Under the pieces are notes generated by a model that was not told the origin of the DNA, ran no database searches, and saw only the letters and a list, made by a program, of their open reading frames with translations. Below, one piece after another: positions 61,689 through 64,000 of a stretch of DNA of 64,000 bases. Location of the stretch: assembly GCF_048593235.1 (NCBI RefSeq), contig NC_133622.1:250732055-250796054 (forward strand). Direction: 5' to 3'. This DNA comes from Sminthopsis crassicaudata. Taxonomy: Eukaryota. The position numbers and the translations under genes were made by a program. Position 1 is the first letter of the stretch, and the number at the start of each line of letters is the position of its first letter.

Positions 61689-64000
61689 GTGGGTCCTCTT
61701 CCCGCCCCCCTCACCCCGGAGTCCAGCAGAGGAGGGGAGAGCCCGTGGGGGCCCTGAAGGGAAAATGGGGGTGTATAGCGGGGAGAAGGGAGTGATGGGC
61801 CGGCCTGGGCAGAGGAAAGAGGGGCTTCATGGCACGAGGGAGGGGCTGGGGCACCCCGGGGCGGCCAGGCGCCCTCAGAGGGGGGGGCGCAGGAGGGGGA
61901 GCCTTCCTGGAGGCAGCGCCCCAATGGTCCCCAGGGGGTGATCGGTGTCCCCCGGGTTTAGCCGAGGAAATGGGGAGTGTTTGGAAAGGTAGAGTGTCAG
62001 GGGGTCCCGGTCCATCCCATCCCCCATGGGGCCTGGAGTTCGGGAGGGATCCAGACGGGAATGGAACATGGGGCTGATGACGAGGCCCCGAGAGCAGAAC
62101 CGGCCATTTTCTGGACAAAGATCGCGGGACAGCGCTTGGGGGGCCGGGAGGGCAGGGGTTTGGCCTTCCTTGGCGCTCGTCTTCCCCTGGGAGTGGAAGC
62201 CGCTTGAGGGCAGCCCTGGGCTTGGCGTTCTCTAGAACCAAGTGACATGGCGGGGTTAGGGCAGGCACGCGCGTCCCCTGTGGGGGTCAGACCCAGGAGC
62301 TCGGGGCGCTGCAGCCCTGGGGGCATCTGGGGGCTTCCTCTCGGCCCCCTCAGCTCTGCTTCGCCCGCACGCGGGCCGGGGTCTGCCTTGTCCACAATCA
62401 GTGCTAAAGTTCTTCAGGGAGGCCTTGAGAGTGTCCCCGTCCCGCCCAGTCTGACCGCCTTGTGAGCGCTTGTCCCTGGGAGTTCTCCCAAGAACTTTTT
62501 TGGCACTCGAGCCCTGGCCCCCTCCGACCCCTCGTGCTCTCCGCAGTGCAGCCGAATGCTTTGTCAGAAGCACAGGGAATTAGCACGCAGCAGGTGTTTA
62601 ATAAATGTTTGACCGAGTCTATCCAGCCTCAGACTTAATAACCCGTGACCCTGGGCCAGCCAGTCCCCTTCTGCTCGCCTCAGTTTCTGTACCAGGGGCA
62701 CCCGCTCTCCCAGGGCCGATGGGGGATTCTAGTGGCAGCCCACAAACAAAACCCTGCGCCAAGGCCAGCCGCCGTGCCACGGTCACGCTGACGAGGGCTG
62801 GGACTGGTGGGAACAGGGACAGAGGGCAGGCCCTGGAGCCGGGAGGGGAGGCTTCTGGGATTACAGGAAGCGGGGGAGGTCCGAGGGAGAGAGAAGGGGC
62901 AGAGGCCGGTTTGGAGGCCAAGATCACCGGACCCTGGGGGACGCGCAGCCAGGGAAGGTGGGAGGGAGCAGGTGGTGCAGGGCTTCGAAGTCCAGCAGGC
63001 TTTGTCTTACAGGTGGTGATGGGGAGGATGGGAAACCTTTGTTGCTCCTTCCCTCCCAGCCTCCCCTATAGAACCCTCCCAGAGCGGAGGCGGGACCCTT
63101 CCTGCCAGGTGGAGCAGCCTTGCTTCTGTGCTGGGCCCCTGCCATCCACCCTCCAGACCAGACTGGGGCTGCCCTTGTGACCGCCTGGCACCCCTGCTCT
63201 CCCCCTCCCCCCGTCCTTCCCAGGCTCCTGCACATTTGATCTTTCACAGTTTGTGGAGCCCGCCCCCCTCGCCACTGTGGCCGTCTGGGCCCGTGGCCCC
63301 CCTGTGCTCGGCTGCCCGTGGCGGGTGCTCCCAGGGGCTCTGCGGCTCAGTGACTTCCAGGGGACACTGAGTGGTGCGAGCACTAGGGGCTCCCCGTGCT
63401 GCCCCTCCATCAGCACAGGGGAGGAGCCCGCCCGGGGTCGCCCAGCTGGAGGCAGAGCCGGGCCCTCTCACCTTACACCCCTGGCTTCCGCTGTGAGCCT
63501 TCCGAAGCAGTTTCATCTTCCACATGAGGAAACTGAGGCCCGGGAAGGTTCACATGGCTGGCAGAGGCCAGGACTCAAGTGGAGGCCTCCGCACTCAGAC
63601 TGTGTGCCATTGGTTAAGGAGCCAGCACTTATTAGGCCCCTACTGTATGCGAGGCACTGTGCTAGTCGTGGGGCGCAAGACAGATGATCCAGGTCTGCCC
63701 TCAGGGGTCTGCCCTTGTACAGAGACAGAGTCTGGGTGGAGAAGCAGCTGCGGAAGTCGGTGAGGCTCCACCACAGTCATGCCCAGGCCGGAGAATCCCA
63801 GAGGCTGGATAGGAGGGCAGAGGCAGCCTCCATGGAGAGGCCGGTCTAGCCCCAAGCTGCCCTCAGGGCCTGACCCTCTGTCGGCCCCTTCTGGGTCTGG
63901 GGGTTGTCACATGAGCCTTGGTTCAGTGCCCCCACATCCTGCGGCTTGTGCTCTGGGTCCCAGCCCCGGGATGCCACATGTTTGCAGGAGGTACCCACTT

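Noticed and set aside
61689-64000. Further FRMD8 exons, NEAT1/MALAT1
   Set aside because: The next FRMD8 exon (ADVLVYLADD-like) was not found; ORFs here are GC-rich noise; the lncRNAs would lie beyond the window.

Overview
Eukaryotic, GC-rich and intron-rich DNA from a marsupial. The SINE and L1 3' UTR types suggest an Australian marsupial, probably a dasyurid (inference). Gene order matches human 11q13.1: CDC42EP2 (+, one coding exon, 217 aa), DPF2 (+, 11 constitutive coding exons, 391 aa, plus a 42-nt cassette exon), TIGD3 (+, domesticated pogo/Tigger transposase, 472 aa), SLC25A45 (-, 6 coding exons, 288 aa) and the first coding exon of FRMD8 (+). All exon boundaries were read from GT-AG sites and the joined lengths give intact frames. 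Intergenic DNA and SLC25A45 introns hold L1, L2, L3/CR1, SINE, LTR and hAT relics, several tandem repeats and two N gaps. The most notable observations are: (i) a frame-compatible DPF2-to-TIGD3 read-through splice that would fuse a BAF subunit to a transposase-derived DNA-binding protein (hypothesis only, no transcript evidence here); (ii) the DPF2 cassette exon that splits the C2H2 finger; (iii) two local templated duplications whose order of events can be read from target-site duplications; (iv) a strong-context upstream AUG overlapping the CDC42EP2 start. No tRNA, rRNA, snoRNA or CRISPR feature could be supported.
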